DNA of 64,000 bases from an uncultured delta proteobacterium (GTDB lineage: Bacteria > Desulfobacterota > Desulfuromonadia > Geobacterales > Pseudopelobacteraceae): contig CAVYYZ010000002.1 of NCBI GenBank assembly GCA_963772835.1, forward strand, positions 288,001 through 352,000. Direction: 5' to 3'. Shown here piece after piece: positions 43,268 to 54,048 of the stretch. Position 1 is the first letter of the stretch; every line of letters begins with the position of its first letter. A model generated the notes under the pieces. That model was not told the DNA's origin and did no database searches. It worked only from the letters and a program-made list of their open reading frames with translations. The position numbers and the translations under genes were made by a program.

Positions 43268-44052
43268 CAATTATTCTCCCGTGCGAGGGCTGCCAGTTGT
43301 GACAATGATTCTTCGGATAAATCGAGCCCCCATCGGTCGCGCCACTTGTGAGCAGATCGTTCCAGTCGTTTGAAGTTCCGGGCGGCTATGCCATTTCCGC
43401 CCGGGAATGTCACACGGTCGACGTCAAGCAGGTATGCGGTCAGATAATACCCTCTGCCGGCAATGTAGATATTTTTGAGATTCAGGTCGGCATGCCACGC
43501 TCCCGCCCGTGCAAGTGCGCCAAGCAACCGGGCCACAGCCACAAGCAGCGGTGTACGATCCACTCCGTTCCGTTTCGTCCACGCGGCGGGGAAATCATCC
43601 CCCTCCGGGAGGCGGCGCGTCATGACATCGCTCCGGGCGAAAATCCCGGAAGCAGGATAGACGGCGTACGCGATCACTTCCGGAGTTGGAATTCCTGCAG
43701 CAGTCAGTCGTAGTGAAGTTGCCAGTTCGAGTGGAGCCCGTGTGGGATTCAGAAAATACTCTCCCGTCAGACCATGCAGCAGTCCCCCGTGACAATTTCT
43801 ACGGACGACGACCGGAATTACCGGATTTGACGGCAGATCCACGGAGTATATTACTCCGCGGCCCCGCATCTCTTCTCGCACAGGCTGCAGTGACGCCCAC
43901 TCATGGAGAGTTCCCGACTCAAGAATCCGCGCAACCGATGATGCCGCCGGATCAAGGGCAACAGCGCGAAACTCATGCACGGCAAGCTGAGTATACCCTT
44001 GCCGGAGTGCACCGGAATTTCGAATGTTGGAAGGAGCAATTGCAGGCATCAT
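43267..44052 (-). CDS. Kdo kinase KdkA-like (Kdo/WaaP LPS kinase family)
   Basis: VVRRNCHGGL...TR...E...L...GIPTP, HADLNLKNI, YLLDVDR. Confidence 0.75.
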   Translation of the reverse strand: MMPAIAPSNIRNSGALRQGYTQLAVHEFRAVALDPAASSVARILESGTLHEWASLQPVREEMRGRGVIYSVDLPSNPVIPVVVRRNCHGGLLHGLTGEYFLNPTRAPLELATSLRLTAAGIPTPEVIAYAVYPASGIFARSDVMTRRLPEGDDFPAAWTKRNGVDRTPLLVAVARLLGALARAGAWHADLNLKNIYIAGRGYYLTAYLLDVDRVTFPGGNGIAARNFKRLERSAHKWRDRWGLDLSEESLSQLAALARENN

Positions 44053-44241
44053 CGTCTCAAAGAGGTGGAATATGTAACGGGCTGTTGAAACTTAATTTTA
44101 TTCGACACGTGTAAATATCATTCATATCAAAGTATCGTCAACCTGAAACTGGAACAATATCAGCGACAGGATGTGTAATTTACTTCAAAAGTGATGTCAA
44201 TTATGGCATATTGGCAAACCAATTTTTTAGACACGGATATT

Positions 44242-44409
44242 ATGCTGCCACAGGATTTACTACAGATACTCGCATGCCCGGTCTGCAAGGGGGGGTTGAT
44301 TGAGAACGAAGAGGGTTCCTCTCTGCGCTGCCAACCCTGCAGCAGGGACTATCCCGTTGTCGAAGGTATCCCGGTTTTGCTGTCGGAACAATCAGTCACC
44401 ACTCCGTGA
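44242..44409 (+). CDS. Trm112/YcaR-family small protein
   Basis: LLQILACPVCKG...C..C...YPVVEGIPVLL. Confidence 0.9.
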   Translation: MLPQDLLQILACPVCKGGLIENEEGSSLRCQPCSRDYPVVEGIPVLLSEQSVTTP

Positions 44410-44444
44410 CATACCTGTTACCTAACTTTATAAGGACCATTTAA

Positions 44445-46172
44445 ATGCCCATATTCAAAAGACTGATGCTGTACATGAAACCCTACTGGTGGCGGATATT
44501 GATTGCCGGACTGGCCTCATCAGCATATGGGGGATTCGACGCGGCTTTCGCATATATGGTCGCACCTCTTTTAAAAAAGATATTCGTCACCAAAGACATG
44601 TTTATCTTTTCGATACTGCCACTTGCCATTATTCTTATTTTTGCATTACGGGCCCTCTGCCGGTACCTGAACGACTATTTCATGCGTACTGCGGCCCAAC
44701 TGGCGGTACAGGATGTTCGTAACGAAATCTTTCAAAAAAATGTTTTTTTGGACTTGAAATTTTTCTATCGCAACCAGACCGGTTCACTGATGTCGCGGAT
44801 AGTTAATGATGTGGCCATGATGCAAGATGGTGTCGGCGGGATAATTACGGGAGTTTTCAGGGACTTCGTCGGCCTGGTCACCCTTCTGGGAGTCATTTTT
44901 TATCGTGACTGGCAGCTGGCACTTATTTCAATTCTTGTTATTCCGCTTACAATTTATCCCGCAAACATACTCGGTTCTAAGATTAAAAAGACGGCTCGCA
45001 AGGGGCAGGAGGAGGCCGGCTATTTCGCCAGCATTCTACAGGAAACATTAAGTGGCATCAAAGTCGTGAAGGCATTCTCCCTTGAGAAGGTAATGGTTGA
45101 CCAGTTCGCCCGCGCCAACCTGAAGTACTATAATTTCATCCGGAAGATGATTAAGTACAGTGCCTTATCAGCTCCGATCATGGAAATAATTACGTCGCTC
45201 GGCATTGCTGCGGTTATTTATTATGGCGGCAGAAAAGTAATGGCAGGCCAGATGACGGCCCCTGAATTCTTTTCTTTTATTACCGCCATGGCGCTTGTGT
45301 ATTCGCCCCTCAAGAAACTGATCGGGGCGTACAACGAGACGCAACGCTGCATTGGAGCGTCTGAACGGGTGTTTGAAATCATTGATGCGGTTCCTGAGAT
45401 TATTGATAACCCGAACGGTCATATTCTCTCCCAGGACGACAACCGGGTTGAACTTAAAAATGTCCGGTTCAAATATCAGGATGACTACATCATAAACGAT
45501 GTCAGCCTGGTAGCCGAAAAAGGTGAAATGGTCGCACTGGTAGGTCCTTCCGGCGGAGGTAAAACCACCCTTGTATCGCTGATAGCCCGCTTTTTTGATA
45601 TAAATGAAGGTCAGATACTTATCGGATCGCACGACATTCGCGATATCAAAAAAACAAGCCTCATGAATCATATCGCACTGGTTGATCAGGAAACCATCCT
45701 TTTTCACGACACAATCGCAAACAACATTCGCTATGGAAAAGCAGATGCGACTGATGATGAAATTAAAAAGGCCGCACAAGCGGCTTATGCGCATGACTTT
45801 ATAATGGAAATGCCCGGTGGCTATGAGACAAGCATCGGTGACCGCGGTGTCAGGCTTTCCGGAGGGCAGCGTCAACGAATCTGTATTGCCCGGGCAATAC
45901 TCAAAAACGCCCCGATTTTAATTCTTGACGAGGCCACAAGCGCTCTAGACACCGAAAGTGAGCAGATGGTTCAGAAAGCCCTCGATAATCTTATGAGCAA
46001 TCGTACAACCTTTGTAATAGCTCATAGGTTGTCAACGGTCCTCCATGCGGATAAAATTATTGTCATTGAAAATGGAAGTGTTGCAGAGAGCGGAACTCAT
46101 AACGGATTAATCCAGAATGACGGGCTTTACAGTAGACTTTGTACGGCACAGTTTGGAAGTGAATCTGATTAA
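44445..46172 (+). CDS. msbA: lipid A export ABC transporter MsbA
   Basis: TM domain plus GPSGGGKTT, LSGGQRQR, LDEATSALD; lipid A operon context. Confidence 0.85.
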   Translation: MPIFKRLMLYMKPYWWRILIAGLASSAYGGFDAAFAYMVAPLLKKIFVTKDMFIFSILPLAIILIFALRALCRYLNDYFMRTAAQLAVQDVRNEIFQKNVFLDLKFFYRNQTGSLMSRIVNDVAMMQDGVGGIITGVFRDFVGLVTLLGVIFYRDWQLALISILVIPLTIYPANILGSKIKKTARKGQEEAGYFASILQETLSGIKVVKAFSLEKVMVDQFARANLKYYNFIRKMIKYSALSAPIMEIITSLGIAAVIYYGGRKVMAGQMTAPEFFSFITAMALVYSPLKKLIGAYNETQRCIGASERVFEIIDAVPEIIDNPNGHILSQDDNRVELKNVRFKYQDDYIINDVSLVAEKGEMVALVGPSGGGKTTLVSLIARFFDINEGQILIGSHDIRDIKKTSLMNHIALVDQETILFHDTIANNIRYGKADATDDEIKKAAQAAYAHDFIMEMPGGYETSIGDRGVRLSGGQRQRICIARAILKNAPILILDEATSALDTESEQMVQKALDNLMSNRTTFVIAHRLSTVLHADKIIVIENGSVAESGTHNGLIQNDGLYSRLCTAQFGSESD

Positions 46173-46219
46173 CAGTGAAACGGGAAAACAGACGTACCAA
46201 TAGATAGAAAGATTATTTT

Positions 46220-47488
46220 ATGAATGTTTGCTATGACATTTCTGTCTTGGGCAGGGCTGCTGGTAATAACAGTGCTCGAACCGGCATATTTAGAGTTGTT
46301 GAAAATCTTGCAATCCAACTGTCCAAACATTCGGAAATAAACCTCCACTTTACGGCATTGCGCGGTTTGAGAGAGTGTCTCAGTTATATTGAAAAACACC
46401 CTGACTTAAATCATACCCAGCTCTCCTACACAAAATTTCCATTTCTTCTGGATGACCTCCGATATCGGATATCAAACGGAATTCAATATAGTGATTTCCC
46501 CGTTAAACAGACTTTGAAGGCGTCCAGGGAACTTCTGAATGGGGCAAGAAAGGTATTATCTTATTGTTCCCAAGGAAAAGAAAATATCAAATGTCCAGTC
46601 GGCGGCATCTTCCATTCACCGTATTTCCCGATCCCAAAGGGATTAAAATCTGAATATAACTTTATAACTGTTTATGACCTCATTCCGATTTTATACACCC
46701 AGTATTTTGGTTATAAAAAAGACCACATATTACACAATATAATCAATGGTATTAATCCTGAAACATGGGTTTTCTGCATATCCGAGGCGACAAAAAATGA
46801 TCTCCTTAATTATAATAAATCCGTTGATCCAGACAAGGTCGCGGTCATCCCACTCGGAGCTTCAGATCTTTTTTACAACTGCACTGACCCATTACAATTA
46901 CAAACTGTGAAAGCTAAATATGGCATACCGGAAGCTCCATATTTTCTCAGTTTGTCTACCCTTGAACCAAGAAAGAATATTGAAGCCACCATTAGATCTT
47001 TTGTGAAATTGGTGCGCCAAGAAAATATAACTGATCTTAATTTAGTATTAGTTGGAGCAACAGGCTGGAATTATACTACTATTTTTGATCAAATCTCGGC
47101 ATCTAAAGAACTAACCGACCGAATTATTGTAACAGGTTATGTAGACGATCAGGACTTGGCACCAATTTATTCAGGAGCCCTTGCATTTGTGTATCCGTCC
47201 TTTTACGAAGGGTTCGGCCTTCCGCCTTTAGAAGCAATGCAGTGCGGAATCCCGGTTATAACGTCAAATACATCATCATTGCCAGAAGTTGTAGGGGATG
47301 CCGGAGTTCAGGTGGATCCTAACGACAATGATGCGCTGTGCCAGGCGATGCTGGAAATGCAGAAAAACGAGCCCTTCAGACAGGATTTGTCAAGACGCTC
47401 TTTCGACCGAGCAAAAAAATTTTCCTGGGATGCATGTGCTGAAAAAACGATATGTCATTACAGTAAAGCAATGAGACTTCATCACTAA
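46220..47488 (+). CDS. glycosyltransferase family 4 (MtfB/WbaZ-like)
   Basis: [41 protein letters not shown]. Confidence 0.9.
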   Translation: MNVCYDISVLGRAAGNNSARTGIFRVVENLAIQLSKHSEINLHFTALRGLRECLSYIEKHPDLNHTQLSYTKFPFLLDDLRYRISNGIQYSDFPVKQTLKASRELLNGARKVLSYCSQGKENIKCPVGGIFHSPYFPIPKGLKSEYNFITVYDLIPILYTQYFGYKKDHILHNIINGINPETWVFCISEATKNDLLNYNKSVDPDKVAVIPLGASDLFYNCTDPLQLQTVKAKYGIPEAPYFLSLSTLEPRKNIEATIRSFVKLVRQENITDLNLVLVGATGWNYTTIFDQISASKELTDRIIVTGYVDDQDLAPIYSGALAFVYPSFYEGFGLPPLEAMQCGIPVITSNTSSLPEVVGDAGVQVDPNDNDALCQAMLEMQKNEPFRQDLSRRSFDRAKKFSWDACAEKTICHYSKAMRLHH

Positions 47489-47579
47489 AGCAATTTACTT
47501 TGGGGAGAAGTGGAATGAAAACCGTTTTTACGCGTGTTATCGTATATTTGTGTTTTAAGTTCAACACTGGAGGGATTCC

Positions 47580-48899
47580 GTGAGTGACTGGCTTGGCATA
47601 GCTAAATTTTTGTCTGCTGCAAAAAAATGCGTATCCGCCACATGTAGCACACTGATAAACGTACTAAGCATTATTGTTAAAATACCGAGAGGGGAAAAAA
47701 ACCGGCCGGTGTCATCTAACAATCCATCCGGGACATTGTACGCGGCCATTGAACCAAGTATACATATATTTGAACCGGGGGTTACTTTGGTTGGATATGT
47801 ATCAGGCGAATTTGGAGTAGCCGAAAATCTTCGAATGGCTTGCAGTGCAATAAAAGCAGTTTCGCTGCCAGTAGATATTTACAAAATCGGAACGGACGGT
47901 GTTTATGGTGAGTCTGATGAAAGGTTTGATACTTTTGTCGTGTCAGAGAGCGCAAATGCCATTCAAATATATTGTGTTAATGCTGACCAGATAGCTCAAA
48001 TTCAAAACACACTTGGACATAATAAAACTGCAGGAAGATACAAAATCGGATATTGGTTTTGGGAGTTATCAAATTTTCCGAACGATTGGCTGCACGCCTT
48101 CAACTATGTCGATGAAATTTGGGCCCCCACTAAATTCATTGCCGAGACTTTATTGAAAGTCTCGCCAAAACCGGTTATTCATATGCCGGTACCGGTAGCT
48201 TTTGCTTTAAAATCAGCTTACTCGCGAAAGTTTTTCTCCCTTCCTGCAGATTGTTTTTTATTCTTGTTCAGCTATGATTTTCACTCATACTCTCAACGAA
48301 AAAACCCGGAAGCATGTGTTGCTGCTTTTAAGGAAGCCTTTGACACCACCAATTCACGAGTAGGCCTTGTCATTAAAACAGTTTATGCGGAAAAACATCC
48401 GCTGGCATATGCAAAACTGCTGAGTTTAGTAGAGGGAGACGACCGGATTACAATTATCAATAAAGTAATGTCCCGTGATGAGATGTATGGCTTAATCAGC
48501 GTCTCTGATTCATTTTTAAGCCTTCATAGATCTGAAGGATTCGGACTGGGCATGGCTGAGGCCATGCTTCTGGGAAAACCTGTTATTGCCACCGGCTATT
48601 CTGGGAATATGGACTTTATGAACACAAAGAATTCGTGTGTTGTAGATTTCGCACTTGTCGATGTTGAACCAGGTGCTTATCCTCACTGGAAAGGGCAGGT
48701 CTGGGCAGAGCCCAATATAATCCAAGCCTCAGATTATATGAAGGAGATATTTGAGAATCAGATTTTTCGTGAAACAATTGCCCGTAACGGTCAGGAATAT
48801 ATACAGAAGCATCATTCACATACTGAGGTCGGAACCATCATGAAAGATCGGCTTGTTCAAATTGACAACAGACTATTAGTCAAACCCTCAGAAGGATAA
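47580..48899 (+). CDS. glycosyltransferase family 4
   Basis: GYWFWEL, RKNP, SLHRSEGFGLGMAEAM, ATGYSGNMDF; start uncertain. Confidence 0.85.
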   Translation: MSDWLGIAKFLSAAKKCVSATCSTLINVLSIIVKIPRGEKNRPVSSNNPSGTLYAAIEPSIHIFEPGVTLVGYVSGEFGVAENLRMACSAIKAVSLPVDIYKIGTDGVYGESDERFDTFVVSESANAIQIYCVNADQIAQIQNTLGHNKTAGRYKIGYWFWELSNFPNDWLHAFNYVDEIWAPTKFIAETLLKVSPKPVIHMPVPVAFALKSAYSRKFFSLPADCFLFLFSYDFHSYSQRKNPEACVAAFKEAFDTTNSRVGLVIKTVYAEKHPLAYAKLLSLVEGDDRITIINKVMSRDEMYGLISVSDSFLSLHRSEGFGLGMAEAMLLGKPVIATGYSGNMDFMNTKNSCVVDFALVDVEPGAYPHWKGQVWAEPNIIQASDYMKEIFENQIFRETIARNGQEYIQKHHSHTEVGTIMKDRLVQIDNRLLVKPSEG

Positions 48900-48996
48900 G
48901 CTACTTTTAAAGTTAACAGTTTATTTTAACTCTCGATATAATTAACTGCTTTCTGCAACAAACAGTAGCAATAAATACAATTTAACAGGAGCATAG

Positions 48997-49800
48997 ATGG
49001 GACTATCTAAATTTTTATCCAGATTCTTGTTCAAAAAATTTAATGGAATTAGTATAGATGATTTTTATCGTATGAGAGATGACATTGCCTCCCTTCAGCA
49101 TTTTCGCAATCGGTTCCGTACGCGAGTCTATATGTCTTCAGATTTGTTGCTACCCTCTCCAGAGCGAGGAAAACTTTCATACGGATACGAGAAATCAAAC
49201 GTCAATTCGAGTTATAGGGATTTTGAAAATATTTTTCGCGGAGATGAGTCCTTCATCAAGGAAAGATTACGTGCATACAGCCCTTTCTTTGCTAAAGATT
49301 CGCGTGTTGTCGATATTGGCTGTGGGCGTGGCGAATTTCTAGAAATACTTAAAGAAAAAAATGTAGATTACGTCGGTGTGGATTTAGATGAATCAATGAT
49401 TGAGAGGTGTCTTGAAAAAGACCTACGTTCAGTTGTAAAGTCTGATTTCGAGATCTACTTAAAAGGAGTGGATTCGTCAAATTTTGACGGGATATTTTCT
49501 GCACAATTCATTGAACACATAGCGCCAGAAAAAATTATGGATTTTTTTAAATTGTGTTATTCGTCAATCAAACCTGGGGGGGTACTGGCAGTTGAAACCG
49601 TTAATCCTTATTGTATTGAGGCATTTCGGACATTTCATGTTGATCTTACTCACCAGAAGAACATTTATCCCGAAGTGTTACTTTACTATTGCATGATCGC
49701 CGGTTTCAATAAAGCCAGTATATTTTACCCTAATCATGGCGGGTTTAAAGAGGATGAATATGATGATTCCAGTGAATATGCTGTCATCGCATATAAATAA
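48997..49800 (+). CDS. class I SAM methyltransferase (glycan O-methylation/chain-capping type)
   Basis: FENIFRG, VDIGCGRGEF, AQFIEH, ETVNP, DLTH. Confidence 0.82.
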   Translation: MGLSKFLSRFLFKKFNGISIDDFYRMRDDIASLQHFRNRFRTRVYMSSDLLLPSPERGKLSYGYEKSNVNSSYRDFENIFRGDESFIKERLRAYSPFFAKDSRVVDIGCGRGEFLEILKEKNVDYVGVDLDESMIERCLEKDLRSVVKSDFEIYLKGVDSSNFDGIFSAQFIEHIAPEKIMDFFKLCYSSIKPGGVLAVETVNPYCIEAFRTFHVDLTHQKNIYPEVLLYYCMIAGFNKASIFYPNHGGFKEDEYDDSSEYAVIAYK

Positions 49801-49833
49801 TAATGCACCCCAAAGAAGAGAGGATGAGTTGAA

Positions 49834-50946
49834 ATGTCAAAACATATTTGTACGATAATAGCAAAAAACTATATTTCATTTGCACGTACTCTTTGTTCTT
49901 CATTTACCGAGCACCATCAGGATGGCAAATGCTATGTATTAATTATTGATGACTTTGAAGGTTATATCCACGAAGAACAGGAAAATTTTGAGATTATAAA
50001 TATTAAAGTTCTTAACATTAATAAACTAGATTCTTTCTGTTATAAATACAACATCACTGAATTGGCAACAGCGTTTAAGCCGTATTTATTAAGTTATCTA
50101 CTTGATACAAAGGGTTTGGAAAGTATTCTATATCTTGATCCGGACATTCTTGTGACCCACCCACTTACTAATTTGTATGATGAATTAAAACTTAGCGACA
50201 TAATAATTACACCACACTTGGACAAGGATTATCCGGACGACGGCCTCATGCCGGATGACAGTCATATTATGAGAAGCGGTATTTACAATCTTGGATTTAT
50301 CGGAATAAGACATTGTGATAATACAAATCAGTTTTTAAAGTGGTGGCAAGGCAAACTCTATAATAAATGTGTAATTGAAACAGGTGCAGGATATTTTGTT
50401 GACCAGAAATTCATTGATCTTGCGTTCGTTCTTTTCCCAAACATCAAGATCATTTATGATACCGGATACAACGCGGCTTATTGGAATGCACACAGTAGAA
50501 GTATATACAAACAAGGCAACTCCTGGATGTGCAATGGTGGTATTTTATACTTCTATCATTTTAGCAATTACAAACCTGACAAACCAGATACAATGTCAGG
50601 CCATCAAAATCGGTTTAATCTGGAAGACTTAACCGGATTGCATGAACTCTTTCTCGAATATACCGCTTTGTTGAAGCAGAATGGATATGAAACGACAAAG
50701 CAATGGCCTTATGACTACTTGTGCTATTCAAATGGCAGAATCATTGAAGATACCGACAGAATCGCTTTCAGAAAAGACCCGTCTTGTCACGAAATTGATA
50801 ATCCGTTTAATTGGGAAAGTCATCCGGTTGAATTTAGAAACAAGGTCGTAAAACGCCACATGAAGCAAAAGTTCAAATTTCATAAAAGACGTTTTAAGAA
50901 GAAGCTTTTGTCTATTTTGTCTGGCGCCTTCAAATCAAACGACTAA
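49834..50946 (+). CDS. putative GT-A fold glycosyltransferase
   Basis: CTIIAKNY, ELATAFKP, YLDPDI (DxD), GIYNLGF, DQKF, GYNAAYWN, FYHFS. Confidence 0.7.
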   Translation: MSKHICTIIAKNYISFARTLCSSFTEHHQDGKCYVLIIDDFEGYIHEEQENFEIINIKVLNINKLDSFCYKYNITELATAFKPYLLSYLLDTKGLESILYLDPDILVTHPLTNLYDELKLSDIIITPHLDKDYPDDGLMPDDSHIMRSGIYNLGFIGIRHCDNTNQFLKWWQGKLYNKCVIETGAGYFVDQKFIDLAFVLFPNIKIIYDTGYNAAYWNAHSRSIYKQGNSWMCNGGILYFYHFSNYKPDKPDTMSGHQNRFNLEDLTGLHELFLEYTALLKQNGYETTKQWPYDYLCYSNGRIIEDTDRIAFRKDPSCHEIDNPFNWESHPVEFRNKVVKRHMKQKFKFHKRRFKKKLLSILSGAFKSND

Positions 50947-51042
50947 CAATAAATTATTCAAAGACCCCTGTGCTGCCAAGGATGCATAATTTATTTATGC
51001 AATTACCAAGATAATCCGTCACTAAAATTTAATGGAGTCAGT

Positions 51043-51801
51043 ATGGCTATCCCTTTTCCCCCACTCGAACTCATGAAATCAGTAGGTTCAGATGATGAAA
51101 GTTTCTTTGATAACCCCACAGGAGAATTAACCTTCTTAGATGAAATACCTCCGGAGAAATACGAGAGAATCTTTGATTTCGGGTGTGGTTGCGGTCGTAT
51201 CGCGCGCAAACTAATGTGCCAAAAAGAAAACAGGCCGAAACACTACGTCGGTATCGACTTGTTTGATAAATCAATAAAGTGGTGTGCCGCAAATTTAACC
51301 AAGATTGATAAAAATTATACATTTTTACATCATGATGTATTTAACGCGCAGTTTAATCCGAAATGCAGGCTTGCAATAAAAGCTTTTCCTACTTCTGCTA
51401 AATATTCATTGGTAAATGCGCACTCTGTATTTACTCACATTATTGAAAACCAAATTGAATATTATTTATCTGAAAGTGCAAGGGTGCTCGAAGAAGACGG
51501 AATTTTTCGAGCAACATGGTTCTTGTTTGACAAAAAAGGGTTCCCAATGATGCAAGAGTTTCAAAACTGTTTATACATAAATCCCGATGATCTAACTAAT
51601 GCTACTATCTACGACTATAATTATATTCAACAAAAATATGCAGAGCAGGGTCTTGTTATTTATAAAATAATCCCTCCTACTGTAAGGGGATTCCAATGGT
51701 TTTTATTCGCAGCTAAAGAAACTGCCGGATTGAAAAAAGCAGAATTTCCTGACGACGTAGCACCACTAGGCATTATGCGGCCACCGGTATCAATTCAATA
51801 A
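51043..51801 (+). CDS. class I SAM methyltransferase
   Basis: FDFGCGCGRIAR, YVGID, SVFTH. Confidence 0.82.
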   Translation: MAIPFPPLELMKSVGSDDESFFDNPTGELTFLDEIPPEKYERIFDFGCGCGRIARKLMCQKENRPKHYVGIDLFDKSIKWCAANLTKIDKNYTFLHHDVFNAQFNPKCRLAIKAFPTSAKYSLVNAHSVFTHIIENQIEYYLSESARVLEEDGIFRATWFLFDKKGFPMMQEFQNCLYINPDDLTNATIYDYNYIQQKYAEQGLVIYKIIPPTVRGFQWFLFAAKETAGLKKAEFPDDVAPLGIMRPPVSIQ

Positions 51802-52000
51802 AGTTGGGAGACGCCGGCGCTGACCCGCTCTTTGAGAAGGAACATAAATACAATACGATGGACTTACCAACGTTAAATCCACACCCTGAAATGGACTTCA
51901 ATGTAATACTAAACATATAATTTCAGGATGTTACGCTTTAGCACAGACGACTAAATATCATGTATGCAAATCATTGCAGAGAGGTTAAGGGAATCAATCT

Positions 52001-53050
52001 ATGAAAAAAGCACTCATCACCGGCATAACCGGCCAGGACGGATCGTATCTGGCAGAACTGCTTCTCTCCAAAGGCTATGAAGTCCACGGCATGATCCGGC
52101 GCTCCTCCTCCTTCAACACCGGCCGCATCGATCACATCTACCGCGACCCGCATGAGAAGGATGTGCGCATGTTCCTGCACTACGGTGACCTGAACGACGC
52201 CAGCTCCATCAACATGCTGCTGCGGGCCATCCAGCCCGAGGAGATCTACAACCTGGGGGCCCAGAGCCATGTCCGCGTCTCCTTCGATGTCCCTGAATAC
52301 ACCGCAGAAGTAGACGGTCTCGGCGCCGTACGCATCCTTGAAGGAATCCGGGAAACCGGCCTGAACACACGCTTCTACCAGGCCTCATCCTCCGAACTGT
52401 ACGGCAAGGTAGTAGAAACCCCCCAGAAGGAAACAACCCCCTTCTACCCCCGTTCACCCTACGCCTGCGCCAAGGCCTACGCCTTCTACATCACCATGAA
52501 CTACCGCGAAAGCTACGGCATGCACGCCTCAAACGGCATCCTCTTCAACCACGAATCGCCCCGTCGCGGCGAAACCTTCGTCACCCGCAAAATCACCCGC
52601 GCCGCCGCCCGCATCAAACTGGGTCTGCAGGAATGTCTCTACCTCGGCAACATCGACGCAAAACGAGACTGGGGCTTCGCCGGCGACTACGTCGAAGCCA
52701 TGTGGCGGATGCTGCAGCAGGACGTAGCCGACGATTACGTCATCGCCACCGGCGAGACCTACATGGTACGGACCTTTGCCGAAAAAGTCTTCGCCCGTCT
52801 CGGCATGCCGCTGGCATGGCAGGGCAACGGAGTAGATGAAACAGGGATCGACACGACAAGCGGCCGGACCGTCATCCGGATCGACCCGAAATACTTCCGT
52901 CCGGCAGAAGTCGACCTGCTCCTCGGCGACCCGACCAAAGCGAAGACGCAGCTGGGGTGGGAACTGAAGACAAGCTTTGAGGAACTGGTGAATATGATGA
53001 CCGATGCCGACTTCACCATGGCCGAACGGGAGAAACGGGCGGATGGCTAA
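52001..53050 (+). CDS. gmd: GDP-mannose 4,6-dehydratase
   Basis: [54 protein letters not shown]. Confidence 0.96.
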   Translation: MKKALITGITGQDGSYLAELLLSKGYEVHGMIRRSSSFNTGRIDHIYRDPHEKDVRMFLHYGDLNDASSINMLLRAIQPEEIYNLGAQSHVRVSFDVPEYTAEVDGLGAVRILEGIRETGLNTRFYQASSSELYGKVVETPQKETTPFYPRSPYACAKAYAFYITMNYRESYGMHASNGILFNHESPRRGETFVTRKITRAAARIKLGLQECLYLGNIDAKRDWGFAGDYVEAMWRMLQQDVADDYVIATGETYMVRTFAEKVFARLGMPLAWQGNGVDETGIDTTSGRTVIRIDPKYFRPAEVDLLLGDPTKAKTQLGWELKTSFEELVNMMTDADFTMAEREKRADG

Positions 53051-54002
53051 AACTGCGCTGATTTGTGGCATTTCCGGCCAGGACGGAGCCTACCTTGCCA
53101 GGCTCCTGCTTGAAAAGGGGTATCATGTCCATGGGACGGCCAGAGACGCCCAGATGGCCACCTTTTACAACCTGCTGACGCTGGGCATCAAGGAGAAGCT
53201 GACCTTTCACTCCATGGCACTCAACGATTTCAGGAGCGTCCTGCAGGTGCTGGCAAAGGTCCAGCCAGATGAGATCTACAATCTGGCCGGGCAGAGTTCC
53301 GTCGGACTTTCCTTCGATCAGCCGGTTGAAACGCTGGAAAGTATCAGCGTCGGCACCCTGAACCTGTTGGAGGCGATGCGTTTTATCGCCGCCCCCATGA
53401 AACTGTACAGCGCCGGGTCGAGCGAATGCTTCGGCAACACCGGGGGGGAACCGGCTGATGAGGATACCCCCTTCCGTCCCCGCAGTCCGTACGCAGTGGC
53501 CAAAGCGACCGCCTTCTGGGAGGTGGCCAACTACCGGGAGGCGTATAACCTTTTTGCCTGCACCGGGATCCTGTTTAACCACGAATCTCCTCTGCGACCA
53601 GAGCGCTTTGTTACACAGAAGATCGTTAAGTCGGCCTGCCGTATCGCTGAGGGTAGTCAGGAAAAACTCAATCTGGGTAACATCTCAATCTCCAGGGATT
53701 GGGGTTGGGCGCCGGAATATGTTGAAGCAATGTGGCTTATGCTTCAGCAGGAGAAGTGTGATGACTTTGTTATTGCCACTGCTGAAACCAATACGCTAGC
53801 CAGCTTTGTGGAGGAAGCATTTTTAACTCTTGGCCTCAACTGGCAAGAGCATGTGATCAGTGATCAGTCACTGATCAGGCCTTCGGAAATAATGGTAAGC
53901 AGAGGTAATGCCGGCAAAGCTAAGACCTTACTCGGATGGAGTGCAAAATTCCGTATGCGTGAGGTTGTGAGAATGATGACGAATGATCGACTTAATGCAT
54001 AA
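53043..54002 (+). CDS. second, divergent Gmd-like SDR enzyme (dehydratase or GDP-4-keto-6-deoxymannose reductase)
   Basis: [43 protein letters not shown] at 53043. Confidence 0.8.
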   Translation: MAKTALICGISGQDGAYLARLLLEKGYHVHGTARDAQMATFYNLLTLGIKEKLTFHSMALNDFRSVLQVLAKVQPDEIYNLAGQSSVGLSFDQPVETLESISVGTLNLLEAMRFIAAPMKLYSAGSSECFGNTGGEPADEDTPFRPRSPYAVAKATAFWEVANYREAYNLFACTGILFNHESPLRPERFVTQKIVKSACRIAEGSQEKLNLGNISISRDWGWAPEYVEAMWLMLQQEKCDDFVIATAETNTLASFVEEAFLTLGLNWQEHVISDQSLIRPSEIMVSRGNAGKAKTLLGWSAKFRMREVVRMMTNDRLNA

Positions 54003-54048
54003 ATTGAGTGTAGTAATTTGTTTTCCACTGTCCTGATCGGATGATTAC

